This document shows positions 16,401 through 25,759 of a stretch of DNA of 42,251 nucleotides, one piece after another. The translations under genes were made by a program, and so were the position numbers. The first letter of the stretch is position 1. Every line of letters starts with the position of its first letter. This DNA comes from Minisyncoccota bacterium (GTDB lineage Bacteria; Patescibacteriota; Minisyncoccia; Phycocordibacterales; PALSA-1337): contig JAGOVB010000004.1 in assembly GCA_018060945.1 (NCBI GenBank), positions 1 to 42,251 of the forward strand. Direction: 5' to 3'. The notes under the pieces were generated by a model that was not told the DNA's origin, ran no database searches, and worked only from the letters and a program-made list of their open reading frames with translations.

Positions 16401-17491
16401 TATATATGTTTTTTATTAATTGGTTCGTACTTTTTTATCGCCTTCTTTGTCTTTTTGTTAAGTATAGTATGAAACTCATTTGAATAGAACCCTTTCAAAT
16501 GCATACGTGGACGCATCGCATATACCATATCAGATGTGATGATGGTACCGGCTGGGATATCTTGTCCTGCTACCAATGTTTTATTGAAATATGGTCTAAA
16601 TTTGTTTTTTGCTCCCTCTAACTGCTTTGTCTTCTTACCATAAAACTTTTTGGTATCGATGTCTTTGTATTTTTTGGTCTTAACTGAATTTACAAGTTCT
16701 TTCATCTCTTCTGGGGTGATAGAAGCTTTATGATCAGATCCCCATAGATTTCGTGAAAAAGAAAAATGCTTTTCGATAACCTGTGCACCCATCTTTACGG
16801 CTGCAAGTGGAATGGTGTTGTCCCCCACTGAATGATCAGAAAAACCAACTGTCACATGCGGATACTTCTCTTTGAACAATTCAATTGTTGAAAGATTAAA
16901 TGCTTCGGGTGGACATGGATAGACACTTACGCAATAGAGCACAATAAGTGGTGATCCTCTTTTTGTAATATACTCCACAACCTCATCGAGTTCAGTATGA
17001 CTCACCATACCAGTCGATATGATGATAGGTTTTTTGGTTTTTGTGATGTAGTCGAGTAACACATGGTCTTGAACATCTCCTGATCCGACTTTCCAGAATG
17101 GAACTCCAATACTATCAAGCTTTACAGCCGCTTTTCGTGACATGGGTGTAGAAAAAAAGATTATTCCTTTTTTCTTTGCATACTCTTTTAATTCTTTAAA
17201 GAAAGACAGTGGAGCTTCTTCGGTATTTCTTTTAACCCAATTGTATCGATCTGCTCCTTTGAAATGCGGAGATACAACAGGGATATTTGCCTGCTCGTCT
17301 TCAACCTCGTGTGTTTGAAACTTTACTGCATGAGCACCTGCTTTTGCTGCCGCATCGATCAGTTTCTTGGCATTCTTTAAATATACTTTGGTCGACTGAG
17401 ACGCTTCGGTTTGAATAAAATTCTTGCCGATTTCAGCAATGATGAATGCGCCGTCTTTTTTTATTATCTTAGGAATTAGCGACTTTGACAT
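16400..17491 (-). CDS. neuB: Nonulosonic acid (N-acylneuraminate) synthase with a C-terminal SAF/antifreeze-like domain
   Basis: AEIG, VKFQT, STPMS, KVGSGD, ISTGM, GFSDH, IEKHF, C-terminal MRP. Confidence 0.92.
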   Translation of the reverse strand: MSKSLIPKIIKKDGAFIIAEIGKNFIQTEASQSTKVYLKNAKKLIDAAAKAGAHAVKFQTHEVEDEQANIPVVSPHFKGADRYNWVKRNTEEAPLSFFKELKEYAKKKGIIFFSTPMSRKAAVKLDSIGVPFWKVGSGDVQDHVLLDYITKTKKPIIISTGMVSHTELDEVVEYITKRGSPLIVLYCVSVYPCPPEAFNLSTIELFKEKYPHVTVGFSDHSVGDNTIPLAAVKMGAQVIEKHFSFSRNLWGSDHKASITPEEMKELVNSVKTKKYKDIDTKKFYGKKTKQLEGAKNKFRPYFNKTLVAGQDIPAGTIITSDMVYAMRPRMHLKGFYSNEFHTILNKKTKKAIKKYEPINKKHI

Positions 17492-17526
17492 ATAAACATC
17501 CTATTCTAGTTTGGATTTTTTGTCCA

Positions 17527-17556
17527 TTGACATAGGCATCTTAAATATGATATTTT
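17527..17556 (+). promoter_or_regulatory. Sigma70-type promoter of the EamA gene
   Basis: TTGACA at 17527-17532; extended -10 TGaTATTTT at 17548-17556. Confidence 0.5.
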
Positions 17557-17582
17557 CATAATAGGATTTCAACAAAAAATAA

Positions 17583-18497
17583 ATGAAAAAAATCGAGAAC
17601 TGGAGAATATGGGCCATCTTGGAAGGCCTCACCAAAACTGTGTCCCGCACGTTTCAACACGTCGTAGGTAATGCTTCGCCCTCACTAGGCACCACCCTAC
17701 TCAGTGCGAGTATTATGGGGTGGGTACAATTCTTGGTGACCGGTGTCTGGGCAAAAAAACGTAAGGTTGCACTACTAAGCCCGGTTGGCATGTTTGGGTC
17801 CATGATGTTTGGACTCTTCGCACTCATCTCAACAGTGTTGGGATTTATTACATTCATGAATGGAGGTGAGATCGCTACCAGCACCTTTATTGTTACCATG
17901 GCTATCGTGCCCGGTATGATCATCGACATTATCTTTTTCAAGCACAAGACAAATGTGCGTGAGTGGATTGGTATGTGTATTGCGATTCTAGGTGGCTGGG
18001 TCATCCTCGGATCTCCCACTTCTGGAATGTCAATGCCACTGTGGATATGGTTTGCGATCTGCAACAGCATAACCGTAGCCATCAACCAAGGAATCTCTCA
18101 GAGTATCAAAGAGGTTGACCCGATGTTTAAAAACTTCTGGGGCGGCGCTGTCACTGCAATCGGCGCGACGACAGCACTACTTATCGTCGGCCAAATCGGT
18201 CTATTGCACTATGACCCAAGCCTACAAAAGCTCTGGATGGCTTCTGTTGCGATGGGGTTCATCACGATTGCGATGTGGAGCTTTAATCTTCTCTCTTACA
18301 GACAAGGCGCAAGCATTGCGCTGAAGAAGCTCGTCATGAATGCAACCTACCTCATCACGGTTATGGTCTCTGGCATCCTTTTCTTCGGAGAGGTGCTTTC
18401 ATGGCAAAAGCTCATTTCAATCCCCCTCTTCTGTGTGGCACTCGTACTCATGGATAAAAACGTGTGGGAATTTATCACAGGAGGTAGAAAAAAGTAA
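17583..18497 (+). CDS. DMT/EamA family transporter (about 10 TM), inverted within the neu genes
   Basis: Two ~5-TM repeats; IFFKHKTNVREWIGMCIAILG and FFGEVLSWQKLISI are typical EamA C-terminal helices. Confidence 0.85.
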   Translation: MKKIENWRIWAILEGLTKTVSRTFQHVVGNASPSLGTTLLSASIMGWVQFLVTGVWAKKRKVALLSPVGMFGSMMFGLFALISTVLGFITFMNGGEIATSTFIVTMAIVPGMIIDIIFFKHKTNVREWIGMCIAILGGWVILGSPTSGMSMPLWIWFAICNSITVAINQGISQSIKEVDPMFKNFWGGAVTAIGATTALLIVGQIGLLHYDPSLQKLWMASVAMGFITIAMWSFNLLSYRQGASIALKKLVMNATYLITVMVSGILFFGEVLSWQKLISIPLFCVALVLMDKNVWEFITGGRKK

Positions 18498-18510
18498 TCC
18501 CTCCACAAAC

Positions 18511-18540
18511 AAAACCCCGGCGCGCGCGCCGGGGTTTTTT
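18511..18540. terminator. Bidirectional terminator between the EamA gene and neuC
   Basis: Perfect 28-bp palindrome AAAACCCCGGCGCGCGCGCCGGGGTTTT. Confidence 0.9.
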
Positions 18541-19698
18541 CTATTCGAAAAACATTTTTTGAGTATATAGAGGAACGGTCGCAATCGTCTTTGCTATATT
18601 TTTACTTGTATCTTTTGCAAAGTACATTGTAGAAGGTTTGTACTTTCCGTTTTTGATTTGTTTTTCGATTGCCTTTCGAATGGCTTTAGTGTCATGAGTT
18701 ACAGTCATTACGTTTTCACCGCGAAGTCGCTGGTTCTGTCGCTTTCCGATGTTTACTACCGGTAGACCGATAAATGAAGATTCTTTGATTCCTGCTGAAG
18801 AGTTTCCGATGAGGCAGAATGCATTTTGAAGTAGCCAGATAAATTCTCGTGGGCCGAGGTATCGCATAAAACGGATCTTGTGTCCTTTTACTTCATCTTT
18901 AAAGTTTCGAAGCTCCTGTGAAATATCCTCGGAACCAGCATCAATATTTGGCCAGAACCAAAGTGTCGGAATACCGAGATCATGGACTGCTTTCAAAATC
19001 TTTCGAGTATTGATGTGTACAGTTTTTACATCCTGGATGTCTGGGTGATACATGACCATCAAATATCCCTTTGTCAGATCAAAGAGCGCTCCGCTTCCAG
19101 TTTTCTTTAAATCAATTTTATTTGTTTTCTTCGAAAGCTTTTCTACCACCTCGATGTCCGGACTACCAAAGTTAAAGACATGTGACGGTGCTTCCCCTAG
19201 TTTTAATATTCTTTTTTTAGCTGGCTCATTTGTAGGAAAATGAATATGCGAAAGTTTAGTTATCGCATGTCGAACGCTTTCATCGATAGAACCAGACAAG
19301 TCACCTCCTTCTATATGTGCGACAGGGATAGACATGTACGCAGCTGCAACAGTTGCAGAAAGTACTTCAAAACGATCACCTCGAACTACAATGACATCTG
19401 GCTTTATTTGGTTGAAAAGCGTAGTGAACTCGATGATACCGAGACCAGTGGTCTTTGCTTTGACGATAGAGTCATTCCCCTCTAGGTTAAAGTGGAGATC
19501 GTAGAGCTGATGGTGTCCGTCTTTTTTGAGGAGTTGTTTAATATCAGCAAATTTCGAAGTAAATTTTGATGAAAGCGCAGGTCCACCTACAATGATGTGC
19601 AAATCGACATCATCGCGCTTTGAGAGCTCTTCGAGCACGAGCAAGCTCCGGCTATAGTGGATAAAGTTAGTTATTACGAAGCAAACCTTTCGTTTCAT
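18541..19698 (-). CDS. neuC: Hydrolysing UDP-N-acetylglucosamine 2-epimerase
   Basis: RGDRFEVL, HIEGGDLSGSIDESVRHAITKLSHIHF, WPNIDAG, GNSSAGIKE, GKRQNQR. Confidence 0.9.
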   Translation of the reverse strand: MKRKVCFVITNFIHYSRSLLVLEELSKRDDVDLHIIVGGPALSSKFTSKFADIKQLLKKDGHHQLYDLHFNLEGNDSIVKAKTTGLGIIEFTTLFNQIKPDVIVVRGDRFEVLSATVAAAYMSIPVAHIEGGDLSGSIDESVRHAITKLSHIHFPTNEPAKKRILKLGEAPSHVFNFGSPDIEVVEKLSKKTNKIDLKKTGSGALFDLTKGYLMVMYHPDIQDVKTVHINTRKILKAVHDLGIPTLWFWPNIDAGSEDISQELRNFKDEVKGHKIRFMRYLGPREFIWLLQNAFCLIGNSSAGIKESSFIGLPVVNIGKRQNQRLRGENVMTVTHDTKAIRKAIEKQIKNGKYKPSTMYFAKDTSKNIAKTIATVPLYTQKMFFE

Positions 19699-19701
19699 GG
19701 T

Positions 19702-20679
19702 TTAGCTAATATGCAATATTTTTCTCAGAAAAGCAAGCCTTTTTGAGTATTTGAAAAGATACACAAATTTAACATATGGCGACCAAAGCTGAAGCCTTGT
19801 TTTGAGGTATAACCACTTTGGAATAGTCAGATTCTGGTTTGATTTTTGAGCAACGAGGCGGATATGGTGAGTATTTAGTCCGTCTGCTTTTTGCTCTGCA
19901 ATATCTTTTTGACTCTTGCCTTCATCGACATCGATATACACGATCTTGAAACCAGCTGCTTCGCAAAGCAACGAAAGAGTCTCTGGAGTAAACATATATA
20001 CATGATCGATCTGGACACCCGAAGTAAGTTTGCCCATCCGTCTGACCTGGTGACGCCAGTTTTTAACAGCGAGGAAAATATGACCCCCAGGCTTTAGATT
20101 TTCATGTGACCATAGTAGAAATTTCTTTGGATCCAAGAGATGATTGAGACTTTGTACACAAATAATATTTGAAGCCTTTCCCTCTGTTTTAATATCGACA
20201 TCTTCAAATAGACCTCGAATGGTCTTGATCCCTTTTGATAGAGCATAGTCTGACTCTTCTATCGAAGGCTCGATACCGAGTGGCTCGATATTTTTACCTG
20301 CCTCCCGCATACCGTACAGTATCCCCCCAGTACTAGAGCCGACATCGATAGTCAGTCCATCCTCGATGTATTTGCCAAGATATTTTACAATTGCTTGGCC
20401 GAAGCGGCGTGCTGATTCAAAATTTTTTTCGAGATTTGCTACGTACTCTCTGTTTTTTATCGTTGCACGATCTTGTCGATAAAAATACATATAGTAATCA
20501 TCGTAGTCTTTGTGAGACATACGAGGATTGATAAAGACGAGGCTACACTTTTTACACATCACGGTTGTCGCTTTTAATCCGTTTGTACTGCGACGAGCAA
20601 TAACTTTAAAGTCGGTACCACCGCAGATGTTACACGAGATAGTCTCTAGTTGTTTTTTGTTGTAGTCAAATTGTTCCAT
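19702..20679 (-). CDS. Class I SAM-dependent methyltransferase with an N-terminal Cys4 motif
   Basis: CNIC...CKKC; IDVGSSTG; QSLNHLLDP. Confidence 0.88.
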   Translation of the reverse strand: MEQFDYNKKQLETISCNICGGTDFKVIARRSTNGLKATTVMCKKCSLVFINPRMSHKDYDDYYMYFYRQDRATIKNREYVANLEKNFESARRFGQAIVKYLGKYIEDGLTIDVGSSTGGILYGMREAGKNIEPLGIEPSIEESDYALSKGIKTIRGLFEDVDIKTEGKASNIICVQSLNHLLDPKKFLLWSHENLKPGGHIFLAVKNWRHQVRRMGKLTSGVQIDHVYMFTPETLSLLCEAAGFKIVYIDVDEGKSQKDIAEQKADGLNTHHIRLVAQKSNQNLTIPKWLYLKTRLQLWSPYVKFVYLFKYSKRLAFLRKILHIS

Positions 20680-21989
20680 ATGTATCTGTATATTCTCTCA
20701 CCTGCAAGGCCATCTGCAAAGGCACACTGCTGGAGCACGAGCGCCTTTCGCTCTTCTTTTTTGTATTCAGGATGCTCTAAATATTTGTTTACCGCATCGA
20801 TGAGTTCGCTTTTGCTTGAGACGAGATCGATCGCATTAGTGCTCAATGCATTTTTATAATGAGCTGATTTGTAGTACTGAGTCGGTGACTTTAACAGTTG
20901 CGCACTCTTTTGGATTTCAAAATTGATATTGATAATCGGTTTATCAAAAACAGCTGCATCGACACTGATGCTCGATGCGTAGCAAACAAGTACAGACATA
21001 GTTTGCAAGGTCTTTTTTAGATGTGCTAGATCTTGGGCATTCATATCCCAGTCTACACCTCGTTTTGAACCAAAACGGATACCTGGTACGTCATACCACA
21101 GATGCGGTCGTTTCTTTAATTCTTCTTGATCGACAAAGTCATTTGGTTGAAAGCGTACAAGCAAATCACATTTTTCACGCAACTGATCTGATGTGACGAT
21201 GGTATACATGAGATCGATCATGTCCCAATCAGATATGCTGAACGCTCTCCCCATCGATGCGTAGACGATAAATTTCTTTTCAGGCGCAGGATACTTTTCT
21301 GGGGTGTAGAAATAATCATACTGCGGTAGACCACTTACATATATATCCTCAGCAGACATTTCGTTGTACGTGATGAGCTCCTGTTTTACCAATTCGTTAA
21401 ATACAATCGCCTTGTCTGGCAAAAGACGCATGATGCAGCGTGAAGTGATCTTGTCCCATGAATTTACAAAACCAATACTTTTTACCTTTCTCTTTTTTGC
21501 TTCGCGAAGCAGTGCTATTTCTGGTTCATCAAAAAGATGCGCAAGAAAGACTAGGTCCGGTTTATATGTATCAAAATACTTTGCATATGTTGCGTCGCTT
21601 ACCAATAGAAAATCAAAAAGACGAGCAATCTTTCTAACCAATGGCCGAGCCAACAGAAAATTCATACAGAGCCCCGTATAATAACGGACATACTCCCCTT
21701 CATACTCGCTCACCATTTTTCTTTTCAAATTAGTTGTCTCTGTTCGGAGTAAGACAAACTTTAGCTTTGTAAAAAAGCGATCGATTGCTGATGGCGATTT
21801 CCATTCGACAACTTCAAACACTATCCGAGGATCATTGAATTCTTTTTTATAATAGTCGACTTTGTCCTGACTCTTTGTGAACAAAACAATTCGAATATCA
21901 CTATTCGTGAGCAAATTTGTTAGGATGGTTGTTCGTAGAATATTCTTGACTTCTACTCCCTCAAATATGGTGATAAAGATTGTCTTCAT
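20646..21989 (-). CDS. CDP-glycerol glycerophosphotransferase-like GT-B protein (paralog 3)
   Basis: NSWDKITS, GLPQYD, VRFQP, SSISVDAAVFDKP. Confidence 0.8.
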   Translation of the reverse strand: MKTIFITIFEGVEVKNILRTTILTNLLTNSDIRIVLFTKSQDKVDYYKKEFNDPRIVFEVVEWKSPSAIDRFFTKLKFVLLRTETTNLKRKMVSEYEGEYVRYYTGLCMNFLLARPLVRKIARLFDFLLVSDATYAKYFDTYKPDLVFLAHLFDEPEIALLREAKKRKVKSIGFVNSWDKITSRCIMRLLPDKAIVFNELVKQELITYNEMSAEDIYVSGLPQYDYFYTPEKYPAPEKKFIVYASMGRAFSISDWDMIDLMYTIVTSDQLREKCDLLVRFQPNDFVDQEELKKRPHLWYDVPGIRFGSKRGVDWDMNAQDLAHLKKTLQTMSVLVCYASSISVDAAVFDKPIININFEIQKSAQLLKSPTQYYKSAHYKNALSTNAIDLVSSKSELIDAVNKYLEHPEYKKEERKALVLQQCAFADGLAGERIYRYIWNNLTTTKNN

Positions 21990-23281
21990 ACCTTAAGTAT
22001 ACTAAAAAGTCGTTCGGTAGATTTTCCATCCAAAAAACCGACTTGCTCCCTAGCTAGATTCTGGATGAGCTTTGCATCGATATGATAATCTGCAACATCT
22101 TTTTTAAATTCTTCCAACGATGTCGCAAACTTCACACCTTTACTTTCAATAATTGGAATAAAGTTACTGTAATCATAGTATCGACGAATACTGTCATAGT
22201 AATCTCTCTTTTGATATCCATCAAAACCAAATAATATAGTTGGTTTATCCATATACGCTGAATCGATGACCATAGTCGATGGACCAGAGACGACTAGATC
22301 AGAGAAAAATAGTGTCTGCGCCAAATGTATATCATCTTCCTTGCGGATCTCAGTGGTTTTTATATTGTCAGGGTTTGTCTGTGCACGGTCATAGAGGACT
22401 TTTATCCGTGAAAACTGTGGACTATGTTCAAGCTCGCGGACATAGTCTCCTGGCGGCAATCGCACCAATATTTGAAAGTTTTCCGGGAGAGTCTTGTCTA
22501 AAATATCTATAATATCTCGATCAACCGTATTTTTCTTTAGGTATCTATCGCCGATCGGAACAAACAAAGCCATCTTCTTTTGTGGATCACCACCGATCTT
22601 TTCAAAATATGCCTGCCTGTTTGTATAGTCCACTGCCTTGTACATATCGTAATGTGGAATACCGATGATGTTGATTATGCTTTGATCGATGTTTTGAACC
22701 TGCACAGCTTCTTTTTTGATTATTTCATTCCACACTACCAACTGATCTGGAATCACTCGTATCAATCCTTTTGACGTGAGATTATCCCATGACCGTACCA
22801 TACCAATTGCTTTCACGCCTTGTTTCTTTGCGTGATTGAGTAGAGCGATATCGATTTCGTTTTGTATATCAGTACAGAACACTGATGTAGGACTATATTT
22901 TTTAAAAAGATCAGTAAAGGCCGGAGCAGAACTATATCGTTCGAAAAGCCGAATGGCTGCAAAAGCGATTTTGTTACTTAGAATTTTTGAAATAAAAAGC
23001 CCACTACCTTGCATCTCTGTTTTTCTTTTTATATCAAGAGTGACCGTATTCAGAGCAGCAAGCGAAAGATATTTCATCAATCCTTCACGCCTACCTTGCT
23101 TGAGTGTTATACCTTCAACGATTGCCTCTGGATATGTCTCTCTAAAATATGCTTGTTTTGATTCTGAAACAATGAGAACAACCTTTATATTTTCTTTCTT
23201 CAGCATAGTCAAAATACCCGTGGAAATGATATTTCTTGAGATGAGTGGGTGGCAACTCGTTATAAATATTGTTCTACTCAT
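21986..23281 (-). CDS. CDP-glycerol glycerophosphotransferase-like GT-B protein (paralog 2)
   Basis: RSWDNLTSKG, GIPHYD, VRLPP, STMVIDSAYMDKP. Confidence 0.8.
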   Translation of the reverse strand: MSRTIFITSCHPLISRNIISTGILTMLKKENIKVVLIVSESKQAYFRETYPEAIVEGITLKQGRREGLMKYLSLAALNTVTLDIKRKTEMQGSGLFISKILSNKIAFAAIRLFERYSSAPAFTDLFKKYSPTSVFCTDIQNEIDIALLNHAKKQGVKAIGMVRSWDNLTSKGLIRVIPDQLVVWNEIIKKEAVQVQNIDQSIINIIGIPHYDMYKAVDYTNRQAYFEKIGGDPQKKMALFVPIGDRYLKKNTVDRDIIDILDKTLPENFQILVRLPPGDYVRELEHSPQFSRIKVLYDRAQTNPDNIKTTEIRKEDDIHLAQTLFFSDLVVSGPSTMVIDSAYMDKPTILFGFDGYQKRDYYDSIRRYYDYSNFIPIIESKGVKFATSLEEFKKDVADYHIDAKLIQNLAREQVGFLDGKSTERLFSILKV

Positions 23282-24625
23282 TTATATGATCGTATCGAGA
23301 AAATCTACACTTCTTTTATATGCCAAGCCGTCTTTGAAAGAGATAAAGTCATTGAACACTTTGTGTCGACCATCTTTTCTAATTTCTGGGTTACGTAGGC
23401 TAGTATTTACATCGGCAATCAATTGCTCCAGACTCTTCGAAACAGCTACCGCGTCGGCTGCAACAATTGGTTTATAGTGGCTAAACGTATAAGCTCGGGC
23501 GTATTTTTCTGGGTAAGAAATATTCACCACCGGCTTATCGAAGACCATTGCCTCGAGACTGATGGTTGAGCAATAGTTGACCACCACATCAGCGTACATA
23601 AGAGTGCTCTTTAGATTTTCAATATCATGTTCATGCATTTCAATGCGGGTACCCATTTCTTCAGACAAAAGTCGACCCGGGAACTCTACACACAAACCTT
23701 TGATACCTGATGTTTTATATTTTTCAAACTTTATAAACTCTTCTTTTGGGTGCATGCGGACAAAAATATTTGGAAATCCATCAAACCTTCCCTTCTCTCG
23801 AGCGCCAATCAGATTTTCCAAAAGAATGTTTTCATCTGGATAATTTCCTTTTGTGACGGTAGTGATGAGAATAGTCTTTTCTTTTGGATCGAGATTCTTA
23901 CTCAATAGAAACTGTTCTCGACTGGTTTTGTTTGGACTAAAGTATGAATCAAAACGAATCGGCCCAGTAACAAAAACACGTTCAGGATTTTGTTTGTACT
24001 GTTCTACGGCTGTATTGCGAATGATCCTATTCCAAACGATGAGACCTTCTGGACGTCGGAAATGCATGCCTCCATTGTGGAGATTATCCCAGCTAAAGTT
24101 TACAGCGGCTGTTTTGACTCCCGCTTTCTTTGCGAGAATGATTGCCTCTGCATCAAAATGACTGAATCCGGGTGTCGAGGTGATCACCAAAGCAGGCTTA
24201 TGCTCTTTTATCTTTTCTAAAAATGCTTGTGACTGAGGAGCAAATCGTACTTCTAATTTAGTAAACAAATCATTTGTCCAAAATGAAGCTGGAGCAATGT
24301 ATGAAACATATCTCAAAAAGCGACGCTTCCAGTCTTTCATTCCCTGTTCCTGGTTTCGAACTATCACTGGCTCAAAATCGTATTTTCGGATTAGTGAATA
24401 ACGGAAATACTTTCCAAACACATTCCAGAATTTTGGAGACTGAATCTTCCACGGTACATAGGTCACATTGGGAGAAGTAAAGTATGGCTTATTATCCTTG
24501 CAAAAAGCTTGGGGCTGCATAAACACAACTACTTTGTATTTGCTTGAGAGGTACTGAATATATTCGGTCCTCAAAAAGTCAGAAGAATAAACGAAATTTG
24601 AGACAAAAAGGAAGACTGTCTTCAT
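23282..24625 (-). CDS. CDP-glycerol glycerophosphotransferase-like GT-B protein (paralog 1); probable start MKTVFLF at 24625
   Basis: FSWDNL, GPIRFD, VRMHP, STISLEAMVFDKP; TAGAAT 8 nt before the ATG. Confidence 0.8.
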   Translation of the reverse strand: MKTVFLFVSNFVYSSDFLRTEYIQYLSSKYKVVVFMQPQAFCKDNKPYFTSPNVTYVPWKIQSPKFWNVFGKYFRYSLIRKYDFEPVIVRNQEQGMKDWKRRFLRYVSYIAPASFWTNDLFTKLEVRFAPQSQAFLEKIKEHKPALVITSTPGFSHFDAEAIILAKKAGVKTAAVNFSWDNLHNGGMHFRRPEGLIVWNRIIRNTAVEQYKQNPERVFVTGPIRFDSYFSPNKTSREQFLLSKNLDPKEKTILITTVTKGNYPDENILLENLIGAREKGRFDGFPNIFVRMHPKEEFIKFEKYKTSGIKGLCVEFPGRLLSEEMGTRIEMHEHDIENLKSTLMYADVVVNYCSTISLEAMVFDKPVVNISYPEKYARAYTFSHYKPIVAADAVAVSKSLEQLIADVNTSLRNPEIRKDGRHKVFNDFISFKDGLAYKRSVDFLDTII

Positions 24626-24664
24626 AGAGAGGTATTCTAACACACATGATATAATAGTAAAATT

Positions 24665-25759
24665 ATGAAATTACTTGTGACTGACACACCGAATCTGGCT
24701 GGATGGAAAAAAATCGAAGTAAAAAATATTGAGCAATTCCAAGCAAATACTTCTTGTATCTGTTGTCTCGGAAGACTCGAAACCCTCGCAACTATTCAAG
24801 ACCCCAAACACAGTCTTCGTATTGGCTGCTGTGACAGTTGCGGCTTTGTCACCCTTATCGACAAACCGAGCCACCAGTGGATTATCGACTTTTATGCAAA
24901 GACCTGGAATGTAGAGGAGGGGCAAAAGAAATTTGCTAATGCAGAACACAAAGAAAGCCGCCTTGCACCCATACTTGAGAAACTGCAAATAAAAAAAGAT
25001 ACACCCATACTCGAAATTGGTACCGGTCGCGGTGGAAATTTTGCTGCGATGAAAAAGATTGGGTATACCAATCTAGTTGGAGTTGAAAACTCAGCACATA
25101 GGGCAAAAGGTGTGGTCGACGCACTTAACATACCAATATATGTCGGAGGTTTTGAAGAAAAATCTGTTCAAGATTCGCTTTTATCGCATTCACCATTCAA
25201 AATGATATACACATCACATGTTATGGAGCACGTCTTTGATCCAGGCCAAATGGTAGAACTTTGCTCAAAACTCCAGTCTGACGGTGACTATGTTATGATC
25301 GAGGTACCAAATGTCGTCGGAGAACCGAGTATGGGAGTACTGATGTTTTTGCCTCACCTGCACTCTTTCTCTGTTCGTAGTGTATCTAGCCTCCTCGCTC
25401 GTTTTGGGTACAAAGTGATCGAAGACAAGTCAACTGATGCTGAGGTTCGCCTCATCGCTCAAAAAACTACAGTGTCACCACTTTCTCCTGGCCAAGGCTT
25501 TTTCAAACAAGTTAAAAACAAACTAGAGAGCGAGCTCATGCTATCAGAACTTTCATCAAAAGAAAGTTATTACACCTTTGCTCGAAAAGATAATCAGGAC
25601 ACTTCGGTACAGAAAAAAGTATTTCCTATTTCATTGATTCAAGATCTTTTTATCAAATATAGAAAAAACCGAAACCGAACTGTTGTAGTCAAAAAGCTAG
25701 CAGATAGTGATACGATCGATATTTGTTTTCCAGAAAAACTGACTCTGTTTTATAAATAA
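24665..25759 (+). CDS. Class I SAM-dependent methyltransferase with N-terminal Cys pairs
   Basis: CICC...CDSC; LEIGTGRG; SHVMEHVFDP; IEVPN. Confidence 0.88.
   Translation: MKLLVTDTPNLAGWKKIEVKNIEQFQANTSCICCLGRLETLATIQDPKHSLRIGCCDSCGFVTLIDKPSHQWIIDFYAKTWNVEEGQKKFANAEHKESRLAPILEKLQIKKDTPILEIGTGRGGNFAAMKKIGYTNLVGVENSAHRAKGVVDALNIPIYVGGFEEKSVQDSLLSHSPFKMIYTSHVMEHVFDPGQMVELCSKLQSDGDYVMIEVPNVVGEPSMGVLMFLPHLHSFSVRSVSSLLARFGYKVIEDKSTDAEVRLIAQKTTVSPLSPGQGFFKQVKNKLESELMLSELSSKESYYTFARKDNQDTSVQKKVFPISLIQDLFIKYRKNRNRTVVVKKLADSDTIDICFPEKLTLFYK

Noticed and set aside
22836-23477. 213 aa plus-strand ORF
   Set aside because: Antisense to two well-supported GT-B genes and spans their junction; no motifs.
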